DNA of 64,000 nucleotides from a virus: the IMG/VR virus record IMGVR_UViG_3300045256_000567; one strand, written 5' to 3'. Shown here piece by piece: positions 39,905-49,338 of this stretch. Positions within the stretch are counted from its first letter, which is position 1. Each line of letters starts with the position of its first letter. The position numbers and the translations under genes were made by a program. The notes under the pieces were generated by a model. The model did not search any database, was not told the origin of the DNA, and was given only the letters and a program-made list of their open reading frames with translations.

Positions 39905-40224
39905 TTAAAACATACTCCTTATTTTTACCTCTACGCCAAAAGATATATTTGTGACGACTCCTAATTCTAAAGAATTAGGCTTCTCGCATTTAGCGAAGGC
40001 TCCGTCCAAGCCATTATCGGTATTTTCTTATTTTCCCGATAATTACCTTGAATCTTATGATTCAAGTACCTACCAGCATTTTCAGCTTTGTAGGATTTGG
40101 TGTGCTTATCTTGCACAAGTTCATTATACCATAGAATTTCAATTTTTGCATTCATCCTATGCTTAAAAGCGTAGGCTTTCTGCAAACTGTTCTGTAAATT
40201 GTTTATTTCATCAAAACCATTCAT
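39905..40224 (-). pseudogene. Remnant of a C-terminal-Phe family gene whose middle is replaced by the mini-IS
   Basis: MNGFDEINNL before the left end and NISFGVEVKIRSMF* after the right end. Confidence 0.65.
39951..40193 (-). mobile_element. 243-bp non-autonomous IS200/IS605 derivative; probable stand-alone omega-RNA cassette
   Basis: Core identical to the 32747 copy; left end follows TTAC; guide AAATATATCTTTTGGCGTAG. Confidence 0.85.
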
Positions 40225-40238
40225 ATGTTTATCCTTTT

Positions 40239-40796
40239 TTAAAATATTTCTTCCATTTTAAATTTTGTAGATAAAGAAACTTCTAAGAAATTTAATCGTT
40301 TTATAAAATCCTCTTTTCTCAATAGATTAGTTATTTTTTCAACTGTTTCTGTGTTTATTTTATTGTTATGAATGTTTATAAAATCTTTTAGCGATCCAAA
40401 AAACTTTTCGTCAATATCACAATCTCCACCTATCGTGAGGTAAAATAAAAGCTTATCTTTGTTTTTGCAAAAGTTTTTTATTTGTTTTAGTCCTTTATAT
40501 CTATTAGTTTTTTTATTTTTTTCCAATATAAACTTATAATATTTGTCGTTGTAATATATATTTATATATATAAGATTATTTGTGTTAATGTAGCTCTCTA
40601 AAAAAGAAAGTAATATATCAAAACCTTCATCTTTTTCTGCTATATGTATATCTTTACCATATACAAGAGAGTAATCTTTATTATTTTTGTGCTTACAATA
40701 AAAAGTAATTGAAATAGATTTAGTTTCATTAGAGTACATTAATTGATAAACTGTATTTTGTATTTTTTCTATAGCTTCCTTTATTTCTTTATACAT
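40239..40796 (-). CDS. C-terminal-Phe family protein (MEEIF)
   Basis: ATG 40796 with AGGTGG SD; paralogue of 40826-41392. Confidence 0.8.
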   Translation of the reverse strand: MYKEIKEAIEKIQNTVYQLMYSNETKSISITFYCKHKNNKDYSLVYGKDIHIAEKDEGFDILLSFLESYINTNNLIYINIYYNDKYYKFILEKNKKTNRYKGLKQIKNFCKNKDKLLFYLTIGGDCDIDEKFFGSLKDFINIHNNKINTETVEKITNLLRKEDFIKRLNFLEVSLSTKFKMEEIF

Positions 40797-40825
40797 AATA
40801 TTTATCCACCTTTCTAAGTTAGCAA

Positions 40826-41392
40826 TCAAAACATTAGTTCAGCTTTTACCCTAACATACAGATTAGATTCTAAGAAGTTTATTATTTCTTCAATATTGGC
40901 GTTCTTTACAATTTCATCTAGTTGTTTGAATATTGTTTTATTTATATAGCCCCTTGAACTATATAAAAAATTTTTTAGGGCCATAAAAAACTCTTTATCA
41001 ATATCCTCCAATCCTATCAATCTAAAATGAAAGAAAATAGATTCTCGCCCCTTACAAAATCTTATAATATCCTTCATTCCTCTACTATATTTACCAGTTC
41101 TTTTATCTTTGGTTAATGTAAAGCCGTAGTAAATATTATTTGCTTTTACATTAATAAGTATACGGTTGTTTATTTTTATAAAATTATCTAAAAATTGTAA
41201 AACTAGATCAAAACCTTTATAATTATCTTGTAAATATACACTTCTTCTATATGTAACATAATATTTTCTACCCTTTTTATGTTTATGATAAAACATAAAT
41301 GAACAATCTTTTTCTAAATCGTGAAAAATATGTTCAGGAAAATTACTCTGTATTGCTTGTAAAGCATTTTGTATTTCTTTATCTAAAATCAT
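40826..41392 (-). CDS. C-terminal-Phe family protein (AELMF)
   Basis: GFD..L.FL and FCK motifs shared with neighbours. Confidence 0.8.
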   Translation of the reverse strand: MILDKEIQNALQAIQSNFPEHIFHDLEKDCSFMFYHKHKKGRKYYVTYRRSVYLQDNYKGFDLVLQFLDNFIKINNRILINVKANNIYYGFTLTKDKRTGKYSRGMKDIIRFCKGRESIFFHFRLIGLEDIDKEFFMALKNFLYSSRGYINKTIFKQLDEIVKNANIEEIINFLESNLYVRVKAELMF

Positions 41393-41404
41393 AAAACACC
41401 TCCC

Positions 41405-41938
41405 TTAGAAAACACTAGTTATTTTTAGTTTTGTACTAAATATAGTTGCTGCAAAATTTATTTTGTATTCATTTCTTTTTACAGTCAGTGTTTTCATTGC
41501 ATTATCAAAAATATCTTTATTTATTTCTTTTTTAATTGAAATTAGATAATCTTTAAAGTCATCTAGGACTTCTCCATTTACATAAAAATGTCCTTTTTTT
41601 CTCAAAATTAATAATAAATTTTCTTTTTTATTGCAGAAATTTATTAACTTTCTTTTTATGTAATTATTGTATTCAAGTCTTATATTGTTGTTTTTATACA
41701 ATTGATGATTTGACTCTAATGAAAAATAATAATCAAACATAATGTATTTTTCTAGAAAGGAAAAAATTTTATCAAACTCTTTGCTATTTCTAAGCAAAGC
41801 AATACTATCTATAGCATAGACTTCTTCGTATTTTCCTGCATGATAAAAGTTTAGAGAAAAATGTTCATAAATATTTTCTATATATGAATGAACAAGATTA
41901 TCATTAATGTCTTCTACTATTTGATCTAGTTCAATCAT
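41405..41938 (-). CDS. C-terminal-Phe family protein (ITSVF)
   Basis: ORF with SD. Confidence 0.8.
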   Translation of the reverse strand: MIELDQIVEDINDNLVHSYIENIYEHFSLNFYHAGKYEEVYAIDSIALLRNSKEFDKIFSFLEKYIMFDYYFSLESNHQLYKNNNIRLEYNNYIKRKLINFCNKKENLLLILRKKGHFYVNGEVLDDFKDYLISIKKEINKDIFDNAMKTLTVKRNEYKINFAATIFSTKLKITSVF

Positions 41939-41947
41939 AGGGGTCTC

Positions 41948-42535
41948 CTAAAATATTTCGTTTATTGTTACCTTTAGTTCAAAGTATACATAAATATAAT
42001 TGGTTTTAGGAAAACGTATTTTAGTAAAAATTCTTTCTGTTATTTTTTCAGTTATAGATTTTTTTATTTTTCCTTCCATTGATGTCATATAGCTTTTTAA
42101 TGATTCCCAAAATTGCCTATCAAAAGGAATTTCGCAATCTATATACAATTTAAAATACTTATCATAACGACCAAATTTATCTTGTTCGTTTATATATTTT
42201 ATTAGTCTTTCTAATCCTTCTGTATGTATAGTATTATCTTTAGTTTGAATGGGAATTTTTTTATTATCTTCTTCGTAAATAATTGCAGTTATGTTTCTAT
42301 TTTCGCTAATATATTTATCAAAAAAGTTAAACAACAAATCAAACTCTTCTTTATTTAGGAAATCATGATATGAATGTATATAAATATTTCCATATACTTT
42401 GAGTAGAATTTTTCCTATTTTTTCGTAAAGAGAACTACAAAATTCTTGGTTTATCTCAAAACTAATATGTTCAGGAATCTTACCTTTTAGATTATCAAAA
42501 ACCCTATAAACAGATGCTTCTTTCGCGTTGTTCAT
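41948..42535 (-). CDS. C-terminal-Phe family protein (INEIF)
   Basis: ORF with SD. Confidence 0.8.
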   Translation of the reverse strand: MNNAKEASVYRVFDNLKGKIPEHISFEINQEFCSSLYEKIGKILLKVYGNIYIHSYHDFLNKEEFDLLFNFFDKYISENRNITAIIYEEDNKKIPIQTKDNTIHTEGLERLIKYINEQDKFGRYDKYFKLYIDCEIPFDRQFWESLKSYMTSMEGKIKKSITEKITERIFTKIRFPKTNYIYVYFELKVTINEIF

Positions 42536-42673
42536 ATCTTATCACCTTTCTTTTCAGCTATCAAGTCTTTTCTATTTTTTATTTATTTTACTCCGCGCTA
42601 AAACTTTGAAATTTATAGCTAAAATAACCCCTTTATAGCTATATGAAAATAGTTAGAAATAAGGAACATTTAT

Positions 42674-43414
42674 TCAGAATATTTCTTTCTTTATAAATGT
42701 TTTTGAATTGGGAACGTCTATGAAAACAAATTCCATGTCAATATTTTTTAATTTATTCATCATAGGAGAGTATTTTAGTTTTGACCCCTCGAGCATTTCT
42801 ATAAAATGTTTTTTGTAACCTATCATTCTATAGTTGGATTGAATTGTAAATTGAAATTTTGGTGAACGAAAAAATATCTTAGAATCTTGTTTTTTAGGAT
42901 TATAATGTCTAATTGCTTCTACTGTTAACTTTATTGCATCAATAAAACTATTTAGAGAATCTTTATTAAATACACCATCTCGATTAATGAATAGAAATTC
43001 TGTTATTCTATAATAATTTAAAAGATCGTATTCGATAAACGTTGGGTGATGCTTTAGAAGAGATTCTAGATATTCATCTCTATCTGTAATTAAACTAAGA
43101 ATTATAACAAATTCTTTTATTGGAAATGTTGTTAGATCTATTCCTACGGATTCTTTTATTTCAGAAATGTCTTCTTTTATTTTTAATTCCCCCGCTACTG
43201 TACTTCTAATTAATCCAGTTGCTGTTGATGTTGAATTTGGATCAAAAGCTTCTATGGAGATTATATTTTGCGATTTTTCATTATTAAAATGTCCGTAATC
43301 GTATGGGTATGATTCTAGTATAAAATCATCATTTTCTATTGATTTTTCTATTTCCCGCTCAATTTGTTCAATTATTGATTTGTAGACTCTTAGGTAATTA
43401 TTTAAGTTGCTCAT
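42674..43414 (-). CDS. C-terminal-Phe family protein (KKEIF)
   Basis: ORF with SD. Confidence 0.8.
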   Translation of the reverse strand: MSNLNNYLRVYKSIIEQIEREIEKSIENDDFILESYPYDYGHFNNEKSQNIISIEAFDPNSTSTATGLIRSTVAGELKIKEDISEIKESVGIDLTTFPIKEFVIILSLITDRDEYLESLLKHHPTFIEYDLLNYYRITEFLFINRDGVFNKDSLNSFIDAIKLTVEAIRHYNPKKQDSKIFFRSPKFQFTIQSNYRMIGYKKHFIEMLEGSKLKYSPMMNKLKNIDMEFVFIDVPNSKTFIKKEIF

Positions 43415-43432
43415 CTTTCTCTCCCCCTTTTT

Positions 43433-43693
43433 CTAAAAGATGTAATCTAAGTTAACTGCTAATCTATAATAGTATCCTAAATTAATTTTTTCATTAACAA
43501 TATTTAAGTTATTTTTTGCGTGGTCTAATAAATCGTCTATTGAATTTAAAATACATTTTTCATTTTTGGGATAATTATATGTTCTTAATGTAACTTCATA
43601 ATTTTTAATTATTTTGTCCGCTATTTCTTTTTTAATTGGTTGTTTTGCGAATATTGTAATAAATAACTCATCTGTATTTTTATTTTTTTTCAT
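43433..43693 (-). CDS. Short C-terminal-Phe family protein (LDYIF)
   Basis: ORF with SD. Confidence 0.75.
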   Translation of the reverse strand: MKKNKNTDELFITIFAKQPIKKEIADKIIKNYEVTLRTYNYPKNEKCILNSIDDLLDHAKNNLNIVNEKINLGYYYRLAVNLDYIF

Positions 43694-43704
43694 CTTTTCC
43701 TCCC

Positions 43705-44286
43705 CTAGAAGATTTCCTTTATTTCGATTAGGTATTCTTTTTCTTCCATTATGTAAAACAAAATGCCTCTGTCATGACTTATTGATTTAATTCTTTTTAT
43801 TGCTCTTATAGAATCTTCGGTTTCTGAAATATAAATTATTAAATCTTCATTTTTTATAATTTCTTTTACTGGAGCTAGGGCTTCAGTAACAATAACATTT
43901 GAAAAAAATGCATGTATTTTATATATATTTTTGTTACTATTCATAAACTCATATACGTCATTTTTTATTTGGTTTAGAAATTCTTTATCAAGAATAGAAT
44001 ATTTAGACATAGGTTTTACATAAGATAACTCTCTATATAAGCCGTCTTGGAAACAGAAGGTTATTGAAAGCCTAAATAGGTAAAAGTACTCAGCAATACT
44101 TTTTTTAATGCAATCCTTTAAATCTTCAAACCCTTTAAAATTTCCTCTAATAAATATAGATGGAGTTGAATTATCCAATTTTAAATCTAGAGTGTTTCTT
44201 ACTAATTCAGCGTTTCCTAAAAAGTAATCTTTATATAGGAATCCTAAGATTTCGTGTATTTGGTTTTCTATTATTTTTGTGTCCAT
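43705..44286 (-). CDS. C-terminal-Phe family protein (IKEIF)
   Basis: ORF with SD. Confidence 0.8.
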   Translation of the reverse strand: MDTKIIENQIHEILGFLYKDYFLGNAELVRNTLDLKLDNSTPSIFIRGNFKGFEDLKDCIKKSIAEYFYLFRLSITFCFQDGLYRELSYVKPMSKYSILDKEFLNQIKNDVYEFMNSNKNIYKIHAFFSNVIVTEALAPVKEIIKNEDLIIYISETEDSIRAIKRIKSISHDRGILFYIMEEKEYLIEIKEIF

Positions 44287-44299
44287 CTTATCCCCCCCT

Positions 44300-44842
44300 T
44301 TAGAAAAGATCTGAAAAAGTCAAAGAGTATGAATAAGATATATAAATATCATCCTCATAAATAAAGTAATTTCCTGTAGAAGTTGGTGTATAAGTTAGTT
44401 GTACTGTAGGAAGAGTTACATAGATTGCTATATGTACATTATTTGTTTTAATCCTATCCAAAAAACTACTATCTTCTATAATTTTTATAATGTCGGGAAA
44501 TAAATTTTCATATTTAGTTATGCCGCATGATTTTTTTACTATGTCTTTTTCTGTAAAAAATACTTCTGCATTTAGAGTTGAATTAATAATTAAGTAATCA
44601 TAATAGTGTTCTTCTTCATATTCCGATAAATCAAAATCTTTATTTTTAGCTTTTTCAAAAAATTCAAAAAATTGATCGCTACTTATTGCAGAATACCTAG
44701 GAAACATAGGTTTTGAGGATTCCGTATATACAAACAAGAAACCTCTTTTTAAATAAAAGTTTTCTTCTTTTTTGTGAATAACAAATAGTGGTTCAACAAC
44801 TTTGTCTAGTTTTTCTTTTATTTTTCTTATTTCTTCTTTCAT
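44300..44842 (-). CDS. C-terminal-Phe family protein (FSDLF)
   Basis: ORF with AGGAGG SD. Confidence 0.8.
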   Translation of the reverse strand: MKEEIRKIKEKLDKVVEPLFVIHKKEENFYLKRGFLFVYTESSKPMFPRYSAISSDQFFEFFEKAKNKDFDLSEYEEEHYYDYLIINSTLNAEVFFTEKDIVKKSCGITKYENLFPDIIKIIEDSSFLDRIKTNNVHIAIYVTLPTVQLTYTPTSTGNYFIYEDDIYISYSYSLTFSDLF

Positions 44843-44863
44843 TTTCTATCACCTCCTGATTTT

Positions 44864-45322
44864 CTAGAATAGAGATTCTATCCTGTATTTAGTAACAATG
44901 TTATAAGCACCTATTTCAATAAACCTAAACCTTACTACTAAATCGAAATACTCTAGTTTTTTTATTCTGTCTTTATTATGGGAAAAAAAGGATTTTATTT
45001 TCTCTCTAATTTCCTCAATAATTTGCCCACTCTCTATTAAAGAGAGTTTTGTTTTTACCTCATGTTTATTTACAATAGTTTCATACATATCTACCGACAA
45101 ATAATAAAGATAAGTGTCTTCAAATCCGATGTATATATCTATGCCACATTTTTCATCATAGGTTTCAAATTCTATAAAGTCATCTAAACTTCTTAATTTT
45201 TTATATGTAAAAACTCTAGGTTCAGCAATATGCTTTTCTTCCTTAGAAAGTTTCAAAAAATCATCAACAAATTCATAGAACGATTCGGAGATTTTTGTTT
45301 GTAGTTTTTCAATTAGGTTCAT
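44864..45322 (-). CDS. C-terminal-Phe family protein (IESLF)
   Basis: ATG 45322 with GGAGGGG SD; paralogue of 45336-45836 (YFDL/YLDL, IGAY/IGSY). Confidence 0.8.
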   Translation of the reverse strand: MNLIEKLQTKISESFYEFVDDFLKLSKEEKHIAEPRVFTYKKLRSLDDFIEFETYDEKCGIDIYIGFEDTYLYYLSVDMYETIVNKHEVKTKLSLIESGQIIEEIREKIKSFFSHNKDRIKKLEYFDLVVRFRFIEIGAYNIVTKYRIESLF

Positions 45323-45335
45323 ATTTACCCCCTCC

Positions 45336-45836
45336 CTAAAACAAATCTTCAAAAGTAAATTTATTCCTTACCACATACGATCCTATTGATACAAAATATA
45401 TAGAAACAATTAAGTCTAAATAAAATATATGTTTATCTCCTATTCTGGATAACGCAATTTTCAATTCTTTATCTATTTTATTTTTTAATTTTTCTTGATT
45501 CAAAAAATCTAACTTTTTTTCGAGGAATTTTGCAGAAATTTCCTCTGACTTATAGATATACAAAATGTCATTTATTTCTTCTCTTTCCGATACAGAGAAC
45601 TCATAAATTGAATATATTTCAATTACACAGGCTTTACTTTCTGCAATTAACTGATTTACAAATTTTTTCATAGATTGGTAATCTGATAAACTACCACCAT
45701 CATATGCAAAGTGAACATTAAAATTTTCCTTATTTTTTATATTAATAATTTTTGTATAAAAGTGTTCTTTTAGCAATGAAATTATATATTGTTGTAATTC
45801 ATCGCTAATTGTTTTTATTTTTTCTTGTACATTCAT
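45336..45836 (-). CDS. C-terminal-Phe family protein (FEDLF)
   Basis: ORF with SD. Confidence 0.8.
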   Translation of the reverse strand: MNVQEKIKTISDELQQYIISLLKEHFYTKIINIKNKENFNVHFAYDGGSLSDYQSMKKFVNQLIAESKACVIEIYSIYEFSVSEREEINDILYIYKSEEISAKFLEKKLDFLNQEKLKNKIDKELKIALSRIGDKHIFYLDLIVSIYFVSIGSYVVRNKFTFEDLF

Positions 45837-45855
45837 TTTTTTCTCCTCTAAGATT

Positions 45856-45905
45856 TATGAAGCTCTAGATGATAAATTCTAAAAAATCTCATCTAGAGCT
45901 TCATA
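45856..45905. terminator. Long hairpin downstream of the AAA+ gene
   Basis: TATGAAGCTCTAGATGA ... TCATCTAGAGCTTCATA. Confidence 0.7.
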
Positions 45906-45915
45906 CTAATTAGCA

Positions 45916-46902
45916 CTAAGACATAATAGCTTTTTTGTAATCGGTGATGAATTTAGAGATTCCAGAATGCCCAGAACGCAATATTTTATCTAATTCACTT
46001 GGACCTTTTACTTCCTTAATTGTGGTAAATAGCAATGGACGGAATTTTTTGTAGTTGCTAGAATCCAGGTATTCAAATACTTTGATAATTTCAGGGGTAT
46101 CTTTGTAAGAATTTACAGCATCAAGTACCAATACTAAAACTTCAGAATCATTTTTGGGCAATTCATTATTCCTAAACATATTGTAAGAGTAGAATCTTCC
46201 TTGCTTCACAAATTCGATAAATGCAGTGGCAACGTCTTTACCGGATGATCCTGAAACCAAAATAAACAATTCATCGAGATCATCTACATCTTTTACAATA
46301 ATGGAAGTCCTAGTATTATTTCTAGGACTCGGAATTTGATCCAATCCTTCCGGATCAGATTTTCTATAATAGTAAGAATCTGGACTTTGCAATATAAAGT
46401 TTACAAATCTATAATCAGCCTCTTTTTGCAATGAATAAGATGCCCATTCCTCTTTTGTAGGAATTGGAGCATCAATTAGAACAAATCTTTCTACCAATGG
46501 ACGAGGAAGATCAATTGCAAGAATTGAATCTTCTGGACGATTTCCAGTTGCAATGAAATGCAAATCATGATATTGAGTAGAACCCAAACGCTTATCTAAC
46601 ACTAAAGATTGAAGTAATGAATGGATTTCAGGATTTCTGTTAGTCAATTCATCGAGAATAACTAATTTGTGGTCTAAATCAGGAGTTCTAAGATCAACGA
46701 AGGAATCTTTAGGAATTGGAAATACAAGGGATTCAGGAGAAACTTGAGAAACATTCAAATAGAATGGATCTAAATTCAAATCTTTTGCAATATCAAAAGC
46801 AACCGTGGTTTTTCCAATACCACGATCTCCCAAAATCAGCGGAGAATAACCTTTTTCCACAATTTTCTTTACGAGAACTTTTGTTTGTTTGTATCCTTTC
46901 AT
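45916..46902 (-). CDS. MoxR-like (AAA_5) AAA+ ATPase
   Basis: Walker A GDRGIGKT, Walker B VILDE, sensor-1 ATGN, arginine finger LVERF. Confidence 0.9.
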   Translation of the reverse strand: MKGYKQTKVLVKKIVEKGYSPLILGDRGIGKTTVAFDIAKDLNLDPFYLNVSQVSPESLVFPIPKDSFVDLRTPDLDHKLVILDELTNRNPEIHSLLQSLVLDKRLGSTQYHDLHFIATGNRPEDSILAIDLPRPLVERFVLIDAPIPTKEEWASYSLQKEADYRFVNFILQSPDSYYYRKSDPEGLDQIPSPRNNTRTSIIVKDVDDLDELFILVSGSSGKDVATAFIEFVKQGRFYSYNMFRNNELPKNDSEVLVLVLDAVNSYKDTPEIIKVFEYLDSSNYKKFRPLLFTTIKEVKGPSELDKILRSGHSGISKFITDYKKAIMS

Positions 46903-46919
46903 CTTTTTTTCCTCCTTTT

Positions 46920-46986
46920 GCAGAATTCCCTAAATTGGGTTAGGGTTCTGCCACTCAATGATAGCACGGCAGTATCGCCACGTCAA
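46920..46986 (-). promoter_or_regulatory. sigma70 promoter plus conserved 5' leader hairpin of the AAA+ gene
   Basis: TTGACG-17-TATCAT, then GCAGAACCCTAACCCAATTTAGGGAATTCTGC. Confidence 0.8.
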
Positions 46987-47046
46987 GCGTCACCACTAGA
47001 AGCAATATAGTGAATAGCGTTTATTTTTTAAATTGCTATCACAAAA

Positions 47047-47082
47047 TAATAGGAAGCTATATATTTTAATAGCTTCCTATTA
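47047..47082. terminator. Hairpin downstream of the vWA gene
   Basis: TAATAGGAAGCTAT ... ATAGCTTCCTATTA. Confidence 0.7.
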
Positions 47083-47089
47083 CTAGATA

Positions 47090-48538
47090 TCAGAAAATTC
47101 TGTCAATATCTACAATCAAAAAATGCTTAGACAATTCTTGTCTAACATTTTTATCGTGATCCTTAGGTACAATAATAATGATAGACTTTGGCATCTTGGA
47201 AAGATCGTAATCAATGTACAAATCTGAATAGAAGAAACCTACATCATCTTTCTTGAATGCATTGGTAAAATCAGATCCACCAGAAATAATTGGATTTTTC
47301 AGCAAATTCTCGAAATCCCGAATATTTCTAATCCTAGTTTCTTGAGATTCCACGCTATGAAATCTCAAGATAATTTCATTTCCCAATGCAAGAATGTATT
47401 TTGCAATTTTCAACATAGTCTGCAATTCTTCATTACTCATTGAACCAGAAGAATCTACTATAAATGTTGCAATAAATCCTTCGGTTCTCCGTTTTGGTAA
47501 AATTACACCGCTATGGTGAAATACTGACTTCTTTGGATACACAAGTTTTTTCTTGGAAAATCCAGGAGTCTTTTCCAAGAAACGTAACATCTTGTGAATA
47601 GAAATAGGAATCTTTTCGTCAATCATCTCTAACAGCCGATCTCCCAATCCATGACCCTTATTCTTTAAATGTTCAGCCAATTTTTTGAGAACATCTTTAG
47701 CAGATACTTGTTTTGAAGGAGAAGAATCTTCGCCTTCCATAGAATCTTGCAATTTTTTAGCAATATAATCAGAAGCAATTTGTCTACCATACTTATCTAA
47801 TAATTTCTTACCCTTTCCAGAGGAATTATTAGAAGCATTACTTACTGCTTCTTGAATTCTTTGCCCAATTTGATTCATAATATCCGAAATATCAGAACCA
47901 GAATTTGAATTCGGAGATTGATTATTACCGGAATTTTGTTGAGAGTCAGAATTTGAACCTTGATTTTGATTATTACCGGAATTTTGCTGTTGATCAGATT
48001 GATCAAACAATTTATCAATTTCCTGCTGCAAATTTTGAAGAGCTTTAGAAATCTGCGAATCCTTGAAGAAATGATCAAAAATCTCATCCTCTGAAGATTC
48101 AACTAATTTATCGTAATCCTGTTTAGTTAGAATACCGTCTTTCAATAATCCTTCAAATGTACTAACTTGATCATTTACTTTGGAATTGAAAATTTTATTG
48201 ACAATGTTATTTATGAATAGATCTAGTACCAAATTAGAAATAGTCGGATTTTCTTTCAATTTTTCAGAAAACCTGCCAAAATGTCTCAATTCATGATGTA
48301 ACAGTTCATGAAACAATACATACCCAAAATCCTCTTTTACATCAATAGCCTTCCCTTCGATAAGAGAAGAATCTAAATTTATAATTTTCCTATTGCCTTG
48401 TTCAAAAGCAATACCAAAAGCCCCTATTGTACCTAATAGAGGTTTTATTTCTATTTGCTTTGAATACACTTCAGCAGCTAAATTATAAATCCGCTTAGCT
48501 GCCTCATTTACCAGAAAATCTTTTTTGATGTCTTCCAT
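47090..48538 (-). CDS. HExxH metallopeptidase-like + vWA domain protein (DUF2201-like MoxR partner); ends IDRIF
   Basis: HELLH, N/Q/S-rich linker, MIDAS DSSGS, GGSDF, FYSD. Confidence 0.85.
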   Translation of the reverse strand: MEDIKKDFLVNEAAKRIYNLAAEVYSKQIEIKPLLGTIGAFGIAFEQGNRKIINLDSSLIEGKAIDVKEDFGYVLFHELLHHELRHFGRFSEKLKENPTISNLVLDLFINNIVNKIFNSKVNDQVSTFEGLLKDGILTKQDYDKLVESSEDEIFDHFFKDSQISKALQNLQQEIDKLFDQSDQQQNSGNNQNQGSNSDSQQNSGNNQSPNSNSGSDISDIMNQIGQRIQEAVSNASNNSSGKGKKLLDKYGRQIASDYIAKKLQDSMEGEDSSPSKQVSAKDVLKKLAEHLKNKGHGLGDRLLEMIDEKIPISIHKMLRFLEKTPGFSKKKLVYPKKSVFHHSGVILPKRRTEGFIATFIVDSSGSMSNEELQTMLKIAKYILALGNEIILRFHSVESQETRIRNIRDFENLLKNPIISGGSDFTNAFKKDDVGFFYSDLYIDYDLSKMPKSIIIIVPKDHDKNVRQELSKHFLIVDIDRIF

Positions 48539-48551
48539 ATTTTCCCCCTTT

Positions 48552-48618
48552 GCAGAATTCCTTAAATTAGGTTAGGGTTCTGCCTGTCTATCATACCACG
48601 ACTCAAACAGTAGGTCAA
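48552..48618 (-). promoter_or_regulatory. sigma70 promoter plus conserved 5' leader hairpin of the vWA gene
   Basis: TTGACC-17-TATGAT, then GCAGAACCCTAACCTAATTTAAGGAATTCTGC. Confidence 0.8.
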
Positions 48619-48734
48619 GCTTCATGACTAGGCGCACAATATAGGAATAGCGTTTACTATTCATAGCTCCACTAGGCAACTAATATCGCAACATTCCTAT
48701 CTTAAAATTTTATAAAAAATAAACGCAAACACTT

Positions 48735-49328
48735 CTAAAAAACTTCGTTTATACCAATTTTTATTCTCCAAGTATATATTATATTTAGTTTTCTTACTAT
48801 TTCAAGAAAATCGTCTGGTTCAAAATCATTTATATAAATATCGCTGAAAGCTGGTTTGTTCTTTTCTGATAATTTCCTTACAAGATTGTATTTTTTTATT
48901 GTGTCAATATATAGACCAATAGAAAATTTAATATTTATATTTATTTCTTTACCTTCGTCTAAATTTTTATTAATTTCTAAAGATTCTACAATATTGTATT
49001 CGTCTAAATCTTTTATACTCGTAAAAGGCTCGATATATACATATATCGAATTTTGATCTGGTTTTATATTTGTATAAATTACTACCTCTCTTATTTCTGT
49101 TATTGATGATTTTTCTGTTTCTAGTTCTTCAATAATTCTTAATTTTTCATTTAAACTAGTATCTTTGGAGAACAAAAAATCTATTCCTAAATATTCTCCA
49201 TCCATGCTTGATTCTGATTTTATATTCAAAATTAAATGTTCATCTAAGGATTTTCTTAAGGTATATATTTTTTCTAGTTTCTTGTTGATACATTCGTCGG
49301 CTGATTTTATCAGTTCTCTGATTTTCAT
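48735..49328 (-). CDS. C-terminal-Phe family protein (INEVF)
   Basis: ORF with SD. Confidence 0.8.
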   Translation of the reverse strand: MKIRELIKSADECINKKLEKIYTLRKSLDEHLILNIKSESSMDGEYLGIDFLFSKDTSLNEKLRIIEELETEKSSITEIREVVIYTNIKPDQNSIYVYIEPFTSIKDLDEYNIVESLEINKNLDEGKEININIKFSIGLYIDTIKKYNLVRKLSEKNKPAFSDIYINDFEPDDFLEIVRKLNIIYTWRIKIGINEVF

Positions 49329-49338
49329 TTATCCCCCC

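Noticed and set aside
32747-40224. Duplicate 71-85-aa ORFs across the mini-elements (MTTPNSK..., MQKTYAF...)
   Set aside because: They span IS ends and hairpins and lack translation signals; the unit is better explained as non-coding RNA.
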